Part shown: in pieces, positions 24,601 to 39,193 of the stretch
Layout: every line of letters starts with the position of its first letter
How positions within the stretch are numbered: position 1 is the first letter of the stretch
Program-made: the position numbers and the translations under genes
The notes under the pieces: model-generated
The model's database searches: none
Told to the model about the DNA's origin: nothing
What the model saw: only the letters and a program-made list of their open reading frames with translations
DNA from: Bigelowiella natans CCMP2755
Taxonomy: Eukaryota; Protista; Cercozoa
NCBI GenBank assembly: GCA_000320545.1
Contig: ADNK01000571.1
Span: 1 to 64,000 of the forward strand
Length of the DNA: 64,000 bases
Direction of reading: 5' to 3'

Positions 24601-25290
24601 TGGAGAACGACAACCGACGCTTCGTTTTCCTCCGCTTCATTTTTCGGCTTCAAGGAGTCCCGTTTCTGCTTAACTTCATTAGGCTCGTTAAGCATCTTCG
24701 ACGACTTTATATCTCTTCGCTCTTTCACATTTTTTTTGTTTTTCTCCATTCTTCCTAGGCTTGAACCGAGCCCAATAATCCATTTCGCCCAGCTTCTCGT
24801 ATCATCTCCATCCTCGCTGATTCACAACGCATGTAAATTCGATGATTTATCGGGTCAAGTTGTTACGGAAGGAGTGAACATAGTTTACGCTGCAAATTTC
24901 ATTCTATATCCCCTCCCTTTCTCCCCATACCTTTTCTCTCTCCATTCTTTGTCCCATCTGCAGAGGTAATAACCCACCGCTGCGGCTGCAGCAGCCAGAG
25001 CACATGCCGCAACAAGCTTTGGCGAGGAGAACGATCTAGGTTCTCTTTGAACAGAGCGCCCATTAGAGTCAGACCCTCGCCGTCCAATGCTGCTCCGCAT
25101 GGAGACAGGGCTTCGGAGGCAGCTGGGTTGGGGGGGGCGGAGAAGGAAATCGTAGTCGGAGTGACGTTCAGAGAAGACTTGTACGAGCTCGTAGATGTAG
25201 TGCAATTACTCGTTTGGAAAACTCGACCGATTTTTGAACTTACGACATGCAAAATCATTGTCGCACATCGGGTCATCATTCGCTTGGGAA
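21685..25290 (-). CDS. Dbl-family RhoGEF (IQ-like motif, DH and PH domains); start approximate
   Basis: LQATIRAFLQQ (IQ-like), MFMNLDSIIALHKDIY, LYAEYLINYD, IASYLIMPCQRIPRYQ (DH), RRIIREGRL...VYLFSDLLMW and EEWITAIRG (PH). Confidence 0.85.
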
Positions 25291-25675
25291 GACCCAGCAA
25301 TTTTGGGACGTGCGACACGGAAAGTTCATGTCGAAGTCTAGTGCAAGGTGTCGTTCCTTTTGACCCTGTCGGAAGCCGACATGAACAGGACGGATGAGTC
25401 ACCTCAACAAAAGACCTTTCACACACTACAGAGCACATGTGATGGATGTCATTTGCGCGCACAATGCCGCGCGGAGAACGTGCATGCGAAGTTGAAGTTC
25501 AAATTCACATGGTGCTAGCTAGCTAGCGTGCCGCATGCACTTCCGCCACTAGCGCGTACACCATGCCGCCCTACTAGCCTACTACATGATGGACACAGCA
25601 ATGCAAATCGTGGCGCGCGCGTGCGTGCATGCATGCAAACAATCTGACGCATGTGCGCACGAAGAGATTGTGCTC
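25243..25675. other. Partially TpA-depleted tract D
   Basis: Hand count: 11 TA (6 CTAG, 4 CTAC, 1 GTAC). Confidence 0.65.
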
Positions 25676-26352
25676 ATACAGACTGACACAATGGAAATAA
25701 CAATAGCAACATCATGCATGTTGATGACAAAGCTCGCTGCCTTCCTTTTATATTTATCTAGTTATATCTGTTGCAAAGTCATGATTGTACTGGACAATAA
25801 CCATTAGACAGCATGCATTGCATGCCTTGTCTGTGCTATACATGGCTAACGTACAGTACCCTGCCTCACCTGCCTCACAAGCTATGGGTACTTTTAACCC
25901 ATTCACTTCGCAAAGTGTATGATCCGTGAGCTCTCACCATATAAAGCTAGAAAGTCTGCTGCTTACGTTCTTGATCATACAATCTTTTCCATGGCATCTT
26001 TCCGTATGTCAGTAGCATCGTCCTAAGACATACAGGTTCAAATCAATTTTCACACGAAGCGTAGAGAGAGGACGAGTTTGGTCCTAGGAGCGAAAACGAC
26101 CCGACTTGCAAAACACATGTCTCTACCTGCCGACCTACCTCTTTTTGCGTGTTCCTCCGCATGGGAACTGGACATGTTACTACTCTACAAAATGACATGA
26201 AAAGACTCCCCCTCACCCTTAAAAAAAAATGAAAATGTTGCGAAATAGTGCATTACGGCTCCAAAAACCATCAAGTAATCTTTGCGATTGCGAAGGGGGC
26301 TGTCGCAGAGCAAGCAGCGTTAATATCCCTATCTTATCTTGCAATGATATAT

Positions 26353-26788
26353 TCACTGGTTTACCATCTCAGGAGGCTGCATTTGAGAAATCCCGGCGAA
26401 GATCAGCAGCAGGGAGAAGAAGTAAGCTTGTGCCATCTTTTTATTAAACATCTCGTACCTGTAAAGATGACGACGCGTACGTAAGTGAAAGTCGACGATC
26501 ATATACACGAGGTGCAAACACTTCATCGTTGCTGATTAGAGAGATTTACTCTTTGAAGAAGACAAGAGCAGAGGCGATCATTGTTATCGTGAAGAAACCC
26601 TGTAAAATAGACCGGTTTCATTAAAGGCATGGGGCGCTCAGGGCATAGAAATCCATGCATCAATCATGCTCTTCAAATGCACACACCCGATTAGACACAG
26701 GATATACATGAAGCGGGTATTTGGAACAAACTAACAACCCACCTGATATATCGGAACGAGGGACATCGCCGTGTAGTGCTTAAGTCCT

Positions 26789-26826
<38 letters not shown>

Positions 26827-27130
26827 AGCACATATATCATCTGTTTGGCAGCAGCAGGCTGATGATGTTTTGGTAAGCTGCTCTCTCCTAGCACAACAAC
26901 CCTTCTGCAGCATCCTGAGCCCTGAGATCAGCACCATGACAGTGCCCAGAATAAGGAACAAAGCTCCAGGAGTGAGGATGATGTTGTAGTCCTCTCGAAG
27001 GGCGAAGCTAATGACCTGAGCGAGGAGAAAGAAGGGGGGAGGAGGATGTAGGGGATGGTTAATGCATGCTTGCTCATTTGGTATTCTCAACGCCACCCGT
27101 AGAATAAACCCTCCCACCACCAGTAAAAAT

Positions 27131-27163
<33 letters not shown>

Positions 27164-27703
27164 CACGGCTGTGAAGGAACAAAATATACAATATATCGAC
27201 CGAGCGACTAGTACCTCTGATAAAGACTTGGACAGGAACTGATTGCCACCTAGCATGCCTGCAAGACACCTGGAGGAAAGAGAGAAAGAAGGGGGGGGGG
27301 AGAGAGAGAGTAAGAAAGACAGAATGAAAGAGGAAGAACAATCAAGAGAAGCCGCAGCCACGTAAACTCTGCCATCTTTTCGTAATGGCTTCTCACAACC
27401 TCTTTCTCCCCTTTTCCTCCTCTCGACACATTGCTTGCCATCTCACAAGCCACCACCACCACCATCACCACTATCATGATCTAATAAATAATAATAATAA
27501 TAATAATACCCGTAGGCAATGCGCACGATCCAAGGAGGATATTCTTTCTCACCCACGTAGATCATGTAGCCTGATTATCGGCCAGAATAATTGTAGACGA
27601 CGTTCCATAACAAATTCGGTATAACCGGTCAAGAACACATCTCCGCCTCGGTCGTCGTCATCATCGCCACTATCAATCCCCCCCCCCCCCCCATTCCTCA
27701 TCC

Positions 27704-27737
<34 letters not shown>

Positions 27738-27958
27738 ATCAGCCTCGTCGCTACTACCATCATGGTTATCATCACTTACCCCCCCCCCCTCTCTTACTTG
27801 TGATGGCGCCGACGGCCAGCTCTAAGAATAGGAAGAATTTAAATAACGGCAGCGTGAACAGCGCCATAAGCTCATCGTACCTAATGCGGAAACATATTGA
27901 TATGAATAGAAGGAATACGTCAGCAAGCAGCCCAGGAAGGGAGGGGAAGGGGGGTTAG

Positions 27959-27994
<36 letters not shown>

Positions 27995-28853
27995 CGGAGG
28001 AATGCTGATGTTCTCCGAAACCTCCTCCCTTCATTTCTCTCTCCTCATTGTGTCGGTTTTGTTGTAATATTGTGTGTGTTATTGTCGTCTTTCTTCTTCT
28101 TCCTCCTCCTTTCTTTTCCTTCTGTTTTCTGGTTGTTGTTGTTGTTGTTGTTGTTTATGTCATAACTTACGTGTAGTCCTTGTGCGTGTGAATGCCAAAG
28201 TAGGACGATAAACAACACCCAGCGCAGATGAGCACGTAGGCCACCTAAACAAGCCGCACATGGAAAGAAACGAAGACAAGGAACAAACAACTAATATAAG
28301 AAGCACCGTACATCATCACCAAAGAGCAGCTGCACACGACGAGGACGACGAGGAGGTTCTACTGATGATGATGATGATGATGATGACGATGGATGGTGAC
28401 CATGTTTGCCTTGCTCAGTCTCTCCCCCAATACCACTGAAGCAAGGACAGCATTCCAGACCTGATAGGGATTGGTTGGCAAAATCAGCAGTAGGAAAATT
28501 AACAAGAGAGTGGGTGGTGAGGGGGGGGGGTCGTGATCGGCATCACTGGCTGTAGCCGCATCGGGGCGATAATTTTGGTTCAGCAATTCGTGCTGAGAGC
28601 GAAAGAGAGAGGCAGCACTTGCTCTCTCTTTCCCTCTGTGGGCGCAATAACCCAAATCCACAGTTGCTTTTGCTTTGCGATTTGCGATATATTGTGGTAC
28701 AAAATGTGATGTGAACTCTCTTCGTTCGTTCTGACCAGATTCAAGATGGAGAGGGGGGCAAGGAGCGACTGCGCTGCAAACGAGTAGGCTGCGAGGCCCA
28801 TCACAGGGTTCAATAATATGATGCACACCTGTGTTCACAAAGATAGATAATCA

Positions 28854-28887
<34 letters not shown>

Positions 28888-29444
28888 CGATTATGGTGGA
28901 TAATGATGACCAAGACATTCGTTGTTGTTGTTGTTGTTGTTGTTGTTATTGTCATAGTTTTATACAGCACAGCATATGTTGCTGCGTGTTCGTCTCCTTA
29001 CGTAGGCTATGACGTTGATTGCGATTTGATTCCATCTGATCAACGGTTAGAGGAGGAGGAGGAGGAGGAGGAGGGAAAACAATGTCGAATATGGGGTGGT
29101 GCCGGGGTGGGGGCGGTGGAAAATGCTGAGGCATTGAAAACATAAAAAATAGCAGTAAGGAAATCGAGAGTTGAGAACCACGAATCATGTTTGACAACAC
29201 TTGGTCGCGTCCGTGAACATATCATGCGTATGTGAGTATCTTAGCATTCGTTCCCACCCTCGTCCCTCAGTCTTCTTCGCTTCTCCCATCTCCATCATCA
29301 TCATCATCATCATCATCCTCCTCCTCCTCCCCCAATTACCGCAGCTTCAGTTTGTAGTAGAGCTTGAATAAAACCTTGGCCACAGCGCTGATATATCAAT
29401 CATATGGCATCATCCATCACCCATCGATGAATTGGCGTGAGGAA

Positions 29445-29478
<34 letters not shown>

Positions 29479-29790
29479 GATGATGACGGCATGGGAAATA
29501 CAGCGAACACGTGCTATATTATTACCCCGAGAGCTGTGCTCCCGTTGCGAGGCACACGCCGGCTATCCAACTGTATCTGCATTTTGAACAACGACAACAA
29601 CGACAACAACCATCACGACCGAGAACACTTTGATATGGCATAGACGAGGAGGAGGAGGAGGAGGAGACTTATGATTCGGGATTGTCATTAAAAAACGCTT
29701 AGGCGTTGTTCTGTGTTCTGCGACGACTCTGCTGCGAGCAAATCAATGGGGATCAGATGTTTCCCATAAGCCCCCTGTTGCTTCCAACCA
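26353..29790 (-). CDS. NIPA-family (DMT superfamily) putative Mg2+ transporter; start approximate
   Basis: Hydrophobic exons WIAGVCLATGAQLSG, AAYSFAAQSLLAPLSILNL, VWNAVLASVVLGERLS, LKHYTAMSLVPIYQ and GFFTITMIASALVFFKE match the NIPA pattern. Confidence 0.8.
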
Positions 29791-29986
29791 TGTCCGTGTT
29801 GAAATGATAATAATATCACCATAAAGATTTTCACACCCCGGGTGGAGAAGAAAGGAGCATGGTTCAGCCAACAGCACAACAATACAGCAAAGACTCTCGC
29901 CAAGAGACACAATGCCGAGTGAGAAAAGGCATGCGCACACGCAGGGAAACTCGAGAACGCTGCCTTTTCCTGGTATCTATTGCTCC

Positions 29987-30032
<46 letters not shown>

Positions 30033-30091
30033 AAGGAGGGTTCTGTGTGATGTGATGTGGTATGTATGATGAGAAGCCTAAGCATATTTTC

Positions 30092-33000
30092 TTACGATCG
30101 ATCTTCCGGGTCTACGTCATCGCCCCCGTAGAGGTATATTGACGAAAGAATGAGGAATAAGCAGATGCCGACCTGGCATGCAATAAACACACACACACAC
30201 ACACACAAACACACACACCACAAACGGCGAGACAAGCATATACCATCAGAATCACAACGAGGAGTAAGTAAATGAACATTTGATTCCTCACGTCCTTTCA
30301 CACCACATCACATCACATCAAATCACCCAATGCTTCGGCTGCAGCGTTCCCAGTCGATGGATTGCTGTTGGTGGCAGTATTAGGAGGAGGAGGAAGAGGG
30401 AGCAATGAGTTGAGGACATGGTACTATCTCATCGATCTCACTGTCACACTCAGCATAGTTATCATCAGATCAATTAGCATCCTCTTATTTGCAGCGTGCT
30501 ATTTTCCTCACTTGACCCTGACATTGCTAAAAAGACTCCTGTCGCAACGTGTCTGCACGGTCTTCTTCCTTTTTCTTCCTTTCCTTCCCCGCCGCATTCT
30601 ATCCCCCCCCCCTCTCCTTCTCCTCCTCCTTCCTCATTCTCGCACATGACTTACTCATATACGGGCATTCTAGCAGCATGACGAAGTTGATGCAACACAC
30701 GATCCTGAGAGGAAGGAGAGATCATTTAACGATGGCGACAGAAAATGCAAAGACAGCTCAGATATGAGGAGTCTCCAAGCGCACTAGCGTTCATTCGAAA
30801 GTGGGAAGTAGATGTTACAACGAACGGTGATACTTCCTATTCTATGAAGCAAGAGCATCATATATGTCGCAGGATAGAAATCATCGGTAGTTTCACTGAT
30901 ATCATACGACGCATCATCATCGCTTTCCTTTCTCGAGGAGGATCGCCGTCCAACAAACAACACACTACAAAACGGCGTGAAGATTCTGAACGGGGGTGGG
31001 TTGTTGAAGTGGGGGGGGGGGGGAGGGAGAAAAGACTAACGGGAGGCTCTTCGCTTTGAAGGGTGGTTTCTTGGCATTCTCCAGGTAGTTCTCGGTCTTC
31101 ACACGTATCGACACACAACACCATTCATTCTTAAGTTAGTAGTAGTAGTAGTAGTAGTATACCCTATCATCGCCTGCATTTACGGCTGCTGCTGCTACTG
31201 CTGTATACTGTGTGTTGTTGTTCCCTTTGTTATTGTTTATGTTATGTGCTGCTGGCTGGTAGGCAGGTAGTGAGTGAGTGAGTGAGTGGTGGTTGCTGTT
31301 GTGACTACTACTATTAAGTACCATCTGCGACATTACGAATCCTACTTCAAAGTCTCGCTCCGCGCGCTCTCTCCCGACCTTGCCCATAGACTGGCGGCGT
31401 TTGGAGTCGTTTACGAGGATGGTGATGGCCTCCTCATAGCCTATTATTACCAACACGATGGGGGTGGATGGATGGATGGATTTTGGATCATGACTTTCAT
31501 GCTGACGCCCCTCCCCCCCCCCCCTAATACTCGAATTCGACCACCATGGGAAACAATGAGCAACCAGCAATGGAGTGGGTGCTAAGGGAAAGCGCTGGTG
31601 ATGATGGATGGTGCGTGTCTATGATGCGTGATCACTGTGGACTTTTGCCGTATACTCGCGACGTATGTCCTCATGGTCATCATCATCATCGTCGTCATCG
31701 TCATCATCATTTTGCAAGGAGGTGCTCCTAGAGCAGTTACCAGAGCTGTCCATGCCCTTTATAGCGTAGCCGTTTACTCCAGACTGATGAACGATAATGA
31801 TGGATGGATGGATGGATGGATGATGTCATGATGATGTGATGGCGGTGGTGGTGATAATGGTCTCGTGGTACTATAGCGTCGTTGTGGATTGTAGAATAAT
31901 CACGATGATCTCAAGCAAAAGCGTATGTTAGTCACAATTATCAATCAGCGCTAGACATCTTGGAAGAAAGATCCTCCCACACTATGTCACAGGAGGCAGG
32001 AAGTGCAAGCTTTCACCTCTATGAGATGGCTGCTACAGCAATCAGCCGCAACGACGGGTATTCTAATGACGAAGACGGGGGGGAAGAAGGGGGGGGGGGG
32101 GGGGGTCAGTCACAGTACTCTACGATTTAAAGACACAATATCTCTTTGTAATAATACACTTCTAGACGTTCGACCAGATTGCATAAGAACGACATATTTC
32201 GCACACTGTAAATTTTGTATTCTGCTCCCTGTCTTGCTTTCTTTCCGTCTCTATCGCTCCCCCATCTTCCCTCCTTATCCTCCTCCTCCACATCCATTAT
32301 CACCACCACCACCGCCACCATCATCATCCTTCATCATTAAAATAACCATCATCATGTAGCAGCATGGTAAACTCTACTACTACTACTACTACTACTACTA
32401 CTAACCCAGACGCCATGCCTTCAAGGGTTACATTTCCGAATGTTTCCACCTGTGCCATGATCGTATTATTCGTCGTATTTTTAGTCGTGCACGATGGAGA
32501 TGATGATGATGATGATGGAGATGATGGAGATGATGGAGATGATGGTGATGATGGTGATGATGAAATAAGTAACGGTAGTGGTGGTGTAGTCTCTCTCGCT
32601 CCCCCTCTCGCATTGGTTATCTTCTTGACGGGCGAATGAACGGTAAGAATATCGATCATTTTGTGCCGTGAACGATGTAGCACACACTTACACACACACA
32701 CACACACACACCTTCATACACTCATAGATGCTCATTGAAAAGATAAAAACCACAAAAACCATCGCACACCCTGCTTGGGAAGCACAATACGTCGCAGCTC
32801 GCATAAATCTGCGGCAAATCGTCCGAATTCTGCCATCTGTTTGTTTTTTGTTGGAGGGTATGGGGTGGGCATGGGCAAAACAAACAGCACACGAATTAGA
32901 GTCAGTTTCGAATCTAGCTGAATCATATCTTGGCAGTCGTCGTGCAACTCATGAGGACACGAGAATCTACATCGATAAAGGCGTTATTTCCTTCTTTCTG

Positions 33001-34345
33001 TACCGACCCTAAGCCAACGCAGTTTTTGATTTGAGTCATCGTTTTGTATACTGCTCCTCGGCCAACCACAACCCCTTTCACCTGAGAGGAGAAGGAGGAG
33101 GAGGAGGAGGAGGAGGAGGAGGAGGAGGGGGAGGAGAAATGGGGTTCAGACGATATCACCGATAATCAAATCAGCGATCATCAATCATCATTTATCATCG
33201 CCTCTGCAGGCTGCTCTTCTTAATAACTCTCTCCTCCGACCTTATCCGGGAATTTCTTGGTGAGATGGGTCATGACTTTGATGAATACGTCAGGTCGCTT
33301 CTCTGGCACACATCGTCCCACCCACAACACCACCTGAGCAGATAATTATGGACGAGGTGAGGGAGGAGGTGTAGATTTAGTGGGCAGCAGTTGTACTTCT
33401 GTCTTGTGACAACATATTAGTTTGCATTCGTAAGTGCAGAGTACTACCACGTCGTCCGAGTTAAAACCGTATTTGCTCCTGAAGCAGCGGCCCCAGCACC
33501 AACAGCAACAAAATTCCAATAAAGTATGAAAGATAGAGGTATTGCTCAAGGGGAAGTATGGCGATTGAAGCGAATGGAATGGGAGAGGGGGGGGGAAGGG
33601 AAGGGAGCTGCGACTACTTATATGATGAGCGTAGTACCTCCAACTGTCGCTGCGTTTGGAAGGGTGATATTTCTCCACGTCAACTCCTCTCCCCCACACC
33701 TCCAGCTTATTCCCTGGGGGTGGGTGGGTGTTGTAGAGAGAACGAACAAAGCAGCGCACGGGGGTCATCGCCCATCAAAAAGAGCAGCAATGTTCTGTCA
33801 GTCCATTTGCCTCGCATTACGGGCAGTGCCACAGGAAAAGCAGCTGTTGCTTTTCCCGAACGTATATAGCAGCAAAGGAACGACAATCGCCCCGACATGC
33901 TTTCCATTATTTCACACCGCGCTGCTGCTCACCGACACTCACGCCATTCGCTGTTGTACGGCCAGGGAGCTATCTCTACCCAGTAGCCTATATTCAGTGC
34001 TGCTGCTGCGCTACCTTGATAGGCGTCCTCGAAGCCTTCGCCTATCATCTTGCGCCTGCGCAACGAACAAACGTGATTCTCTCTAATTTATGCTGCAATC
34101 GTCACAGTCACCGCAACAACCAGAACTTCTGTTATCACCATACTAGATACTGGCCAAAACTTGAGCTGTTTCCCCCTCACTCATGATTGCTGCAAGTGAT
34201 ACTGCGGCCAAAGTAAACGTACTTCCCCCACCCTGCCATTTTATCATGTACCTCATTAACTCCGAAGGGACGTATGTCACGCCTATGGCTTGGTAGAAGG
34301 CCTGCAGTAGACAGCAACACATGATGATGTTGGTAGTGTTGGAAG

Positions 34346-34377
<32 letters not shown>

Positions 34378-35905
34378 ATGCCGACACCACAAAACAACGT
34401 CGAGGAGGGGATTTTAGAATAGTACAAAAAACGAAAAACTCTATGCAGATATTGAAGAAACACAATCAACAAAATTCGTAAGTAGGAAAGGCCTGAGTGA
34501 AGTCACGGATCTTCGGCCAGATGGGACTGGTGAAGAGAGGGTATTGCTACCGATAACGATTGTGTAGTAAGTAACCTTGAAATACATGAGCATGAGTGGA
34601 CGGAGCAGTGTCCCAACCAGTCCCCAGTGTAGAGTATAGTCCTAATCATACACAAACAAGAGAGGTGGATGGGGGAAGGAAAAGGGATGTTAGCATCATG
34701 GAATCCGAGATGCAGCAAGTTGTGATTCTTTGTTCGTTAGCCCGTTGATAATACATGGATATTGCTGTGCCAGGTTGCGATGAGAGGCACATTGTTCTCA
34801 CGGGCCCAATTCTATTGTTTAACAACAAAATCCACAAAACGCCAAAAACATAGTTGGGAGGACATCAACCAAAGATATATACCAAGTAGGAACTTTGATT
34901 GAATTCAACTTTAAGGTGTATAAGTCGCGTGCTGATTGCGTGGTTTTAATTATGCTGCTCGCATAGTGACCCCGGCAGCGTAGCAAGCGAAGTCGGGAGT
35001 AGTGACGTGGACGAGATTAGGATTGTATTGCCTAGGAAAACAATAACAATGATGCGACACGTTTACCCAAAAAAAAAAAAGGCAAAATGTGGTGCTTCGC
35101 TCGAAAAGGAACAAGAAATACATGGAAGTGGTTAGAGGGAAAAAACAATTTCTTCTTAAAACGTTCTCTTCTATCTTAGATACTTGAGTTTTTCGCAGAT
35201 GTCTTCGCCGAGTCGGAGTCCAATCTTATAGTCGCTTTGGCCCGCACAGCAACTTAACATGGGTATACTTTCAACGTGCTCCGTACCAGCCTCCTTAAGT
35301 CCGCCAGGCGGGGGTGCAGTGAGAAGTAAAACCTTGCCACCTTTGGACTTAACATTGCGCATTATCTTCCGCAGAGTAATTGTCACCCCATCGACAACAT
35401 GGAAACTCGCCTGCATTGCGACAGAAGGAGAGGGAGGGGTGGGAGAAGATATGAGTGTCGAACGAATACTTAGGGATAGCAGGCTTTCTGCAGGAATACC
35501 CATCGTTTTTGAAAATGGGTTCGATGATACTCAATTTCAACACCACAACACATGAATGGACTTTTCAGCCCTTTGCTCGCGCATCTCTCTTGAGTCAGAA
35601 TCCCTTCGCTAGGAGCATTTAAGCCTGGTTTCATGGATTTTCTCCTAAAGTACTTCATGGTACTTGCAAGCAGGGTGAACTGTACTTGTAAAACCCAGAA
35701 ATAAAAAGGGTGACGTGATGCCTCCCTTCACGATAATGATTACTGGACTCTCTCTCAGGACCTCAAGGTTTTTTTGATAAAAACCCAGCCCTCCACCAAA
35801 TTTCACGAAAGCGATACTTCGCTTTCTTCTCACTGAGTCCATGTTGATTACCGTTGCGATGACGACTCTGAGCTGAGACGCGTCTGCTAGCTTCTCGTCT
35901 GCCAT
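30092..35905 (-). CDS. GT4-family glycosyltransferase (SQD2/PimA-like) with a C-terminal hydrophobic anchor
   Basis: VVDGVTITLRKIM, PNLVHVTTPD, VWGRGVDVEKYHPSKRS, LWVGRCVPEKRPD, IYASCDVLCFPS, VETFGNVTLEGMASG (E-x7-E) and IPVVAAD. The last exon reads VGICLFLILSSIYLYGG...RS*. Confidence 0.85.
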
Positions 35906-36322
35906 GGGGAACCGGAATTTGAAGCGGAGGGGTTTCAATCAAAGGGGAAATGAGCTGCATTTAGCTACGAAGACAACCATAATTCTTTTGTCGTCAATGC
36001 TACCAAGAACCTGCCTCGAGAGTTGTCTGATCAGAAACCCCTCAATCCACAATTTTCACTCAATTTCTTTCCTGCGACAACGATATCAAAAATATTTTAA
36101 AATGTTTCAGCGTAGTTGGATCTCTCCTGTAATTCGCTATGATACGCCTTTCCAGCTTGCTTGTGACTTATTAATCAGGCAGCAATGCATGAGTTTGGGT
36201 AAATTTATCTAGGAAATTGTTCCAATAATAGATCTAATAGATCTGGACCTATGCTCCTCGTGGGTTCCGCTCCGGGATCCATACGACATCGGAAAGAGGA
36301 GGAGGAAGCACACTTCAGAAGA

Positions 36323-37822
36323 ATGCAATCAGAACAAACCGATTCTAAGCAGCAACAGCAAAAAACTGCTATTGTTACGGGAGCTACCGGTCAGATTGGA
36401 AAGGTTCGAACATGTAGACCTGCAAAAGCAATGCCTCCTCATTGTTTGGTTCGCATTCTAGGAGATCGCATTAGGCTTAGCAAACAAAGGTCTTCGAATT
36501 ATCCTTGCTGCTCGGAATGTCAAGAAAGCAGAAAAAGTCGCCACTGAGATTCAGAAGATAACGAAAAATTCACGTGTCGAGGTGCATAGCTTTCGATCGG
36601 ATACATATTCTACGTTCACATGATTTTTCCGTCCAGGTTGAGCAAGTGGACTTGTCCTCTCCATCTTCAATCCGTAGCTTCGTTCATCGCTTTGCAAAAC
36701 GTGAAAACACTCGATTGGACGTTCTCGTCAACAATGCTGCCATTGTACCACATAGCAAGACAGTAACAAAAGAGGGTGAGAATGCTTCATCATTTTATCT
36801 TGGTCTATCCATAGGTGCATTTCTTACAGTGCTATATTTTTAGGTTTGGAGTTACAATTTGCTACCAACGTGCTTTCATACTTCATGCTGGCGGTGCTTC
36901 TCCGCCCAATACTGCGACAAACTGCGGAGGTAACTTGGGAGCAGAAATGCAGCACATCTCTTTGTACCAAGTAAATTATCTGAAATATACTCGGGCAAAC
37001 TCAGGCTTCGCTGAAACTAGGATCTGGTCCAAGTCGCATTGTCAATGTCGCGTCTCAATATGCTGGGGGATTGGACTTGACTGATCTACATTTTCTACAT
37101 TTTCAAAGAAGAAAGTAGGGACGATATATGCTTATGCTTGGATCATTGGGCGAAGCTGAACAGCAAAAATGTTATTCTTGGTGTTTCACACAAGTTTATT
37201 TGATGCAGGTATAACGCAAATACAGCGTATAAACAATCAAAGCAGGCAAATCGTGTTTTCTCACATACTGCGGCTTCAAAGTAGCTCACACTACCATTGC
37301 AAAAATGAAGTTATATAGAATTGGAGCAGAACGGATTAGCATTTGAACGTGTTTGTCGTTGCAATGCGTTGTTGAAGTATAAAATGACATTTCTTTTGGT
37401 TCTTTCTCAGCTTAACCAATACATGTGCGCTCATTTAGCTTTAAATGTAGGTTCGAGTCGGACGGGATAATTGTTCACGCCTGCCATCCTGGAGTCGTCA
37501 CTTCCAATGTGCTCTCAGGATTGGGCTTTGGTAAATACGATGACAGTATGGTGGTTTTTGTAGTAGTTAGCGGTAGTAGCGCTTAATGATATTCCTTCAT
37601 ACCATTCAATGAGTAATGGTCAAACCGATGTAGGCAGCGGATTCGACTCTGCGGCAAAAGCTGCAGACACACCAGTGTATCTCGCAACTGCTCCAGCGAA
37701 ACAGTTAGGAACTGGAAAGTCAGTATTATTATATAGCGGATCTTGGTTGTAGATGCATTTAGTTCAAGATTAACTATTGAAGCGGGTGATTGCTTAGTCT
37801 TCCATGAGGATGGAGATTTATA

Positions 37823-37871
<49 letters not shown>

Positions 37872-38128
37872 GAACTATGCATGTTGGGCGTCATACCGCG
37901 TGCAGCACCTACCTGAATTACGGCACTTCTGACCGTTATATCATTTATTGCTTTGGTCTATGATAAATAATGTGCAGGTTTTGGCAAGAGAGACAAGCAG
38001 TAAAGTGCAGTTTCTCTTCCGACAGTAAAACAGGCGAAGCTCTATGGGATTACTGTGTTAAAATGCAAGAAAAATTGCTCCCGTCCGTGGAAAGTGAAAA
38101 TGAAGTTTGTGATGATAGCAATGCGTGA
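36323..38128 (+). CDS. Short-chain dehydrogenase/reductase (retinol dehydrogenase/WWOX-like)
   Basis: IVTGATGQIG, VDLSS, LDVLVNNAA, LELQFATNVL, RIVNVAS, catalytic YKQSK and HPGVVTS. Confidence 0.92.
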
Positions 38129-39193
38129 ACGGGGTGCATCCGATGTTAGACATTTATGTTCTTTTGACGTGGTGTTCCGACATGTTTTCGTCATCATTCA
38201 CTGCTCATCGCATGCAACTGTAGACACTGTGGTGTCGTATGTGGTATAGTGGTGGATACAAAATTCAACAAGCATAGAATCACGCATCTGGCATCGATAT
38301 GTACGGTCTGCACTCTAGTCACAGTACCAATGTATACATGTGTGGCAATGATACATGTCTATGCCACGGTATGTAATATTTACATAAGCTTAGCGGCATC
38401 TATGTCATCACTGCCATGCGATGCCAGCAGGGCTCAGAGCCAATGGCTCATTCTAACATGTTAGCAACTTCGAAATTCGCCAGCGCTGCGCAGGTGTGCG
38501 TCCAGCTAGCTGCTAGCAGCTAGCTAGTTGCACAGCACGTGCATGGTGTGCCTGTTGTACGTTCGAGTGCTTTATAGCCTGTGGTTCGCCGTAGCGCGAA
38601 AGTATCAGTCTTTGCAACAATGAAGGACGCATGCATGCAAGAGCTTCTGAGCTCAAGAGTAAGTGATGCTAGTACGATACACGTGCTGTAGGTGCGCGCC
38701 AGGCTAGCAGGATGCAGAATGCGCGCAAGATGTGCACGCAGAATGATCACAGTGGATGCTATGCACATGCACATAAAACAATGCAATGACAATGTATGCA
38801 TTTACTGCCGTGTGCATTGCACATGTAGCAAATGTCGCATGTGTATGTGTGTTTGAAGTCACATGTGTTTGCGCACCGATACGGTTGGCAGACACTGATA
38901 GGGCTACACGCACAACACAGGATGGCATACGTATCGATCACAGTTCGGTAGTAACAACCGCTGCTAATCGTGACAGTAACTTATTCCCCATAGGGTGTAG
39001 CATGGGTACTCAAAATATTCTGTAACCGAATTCTTTCGAGTCACTCCCGGGAAGTAACGTTGGGGATGTTAGCACAAAAGCTTAAACATTTTTACAGTGG
39101 AGCTGAAGTTCCAGAGGCAAAAGTTGGTCAATAATCTACTACATTATAATTATGATGGCAGCTTGACAGCTGCAGATTTATTTCTATCGCGGT

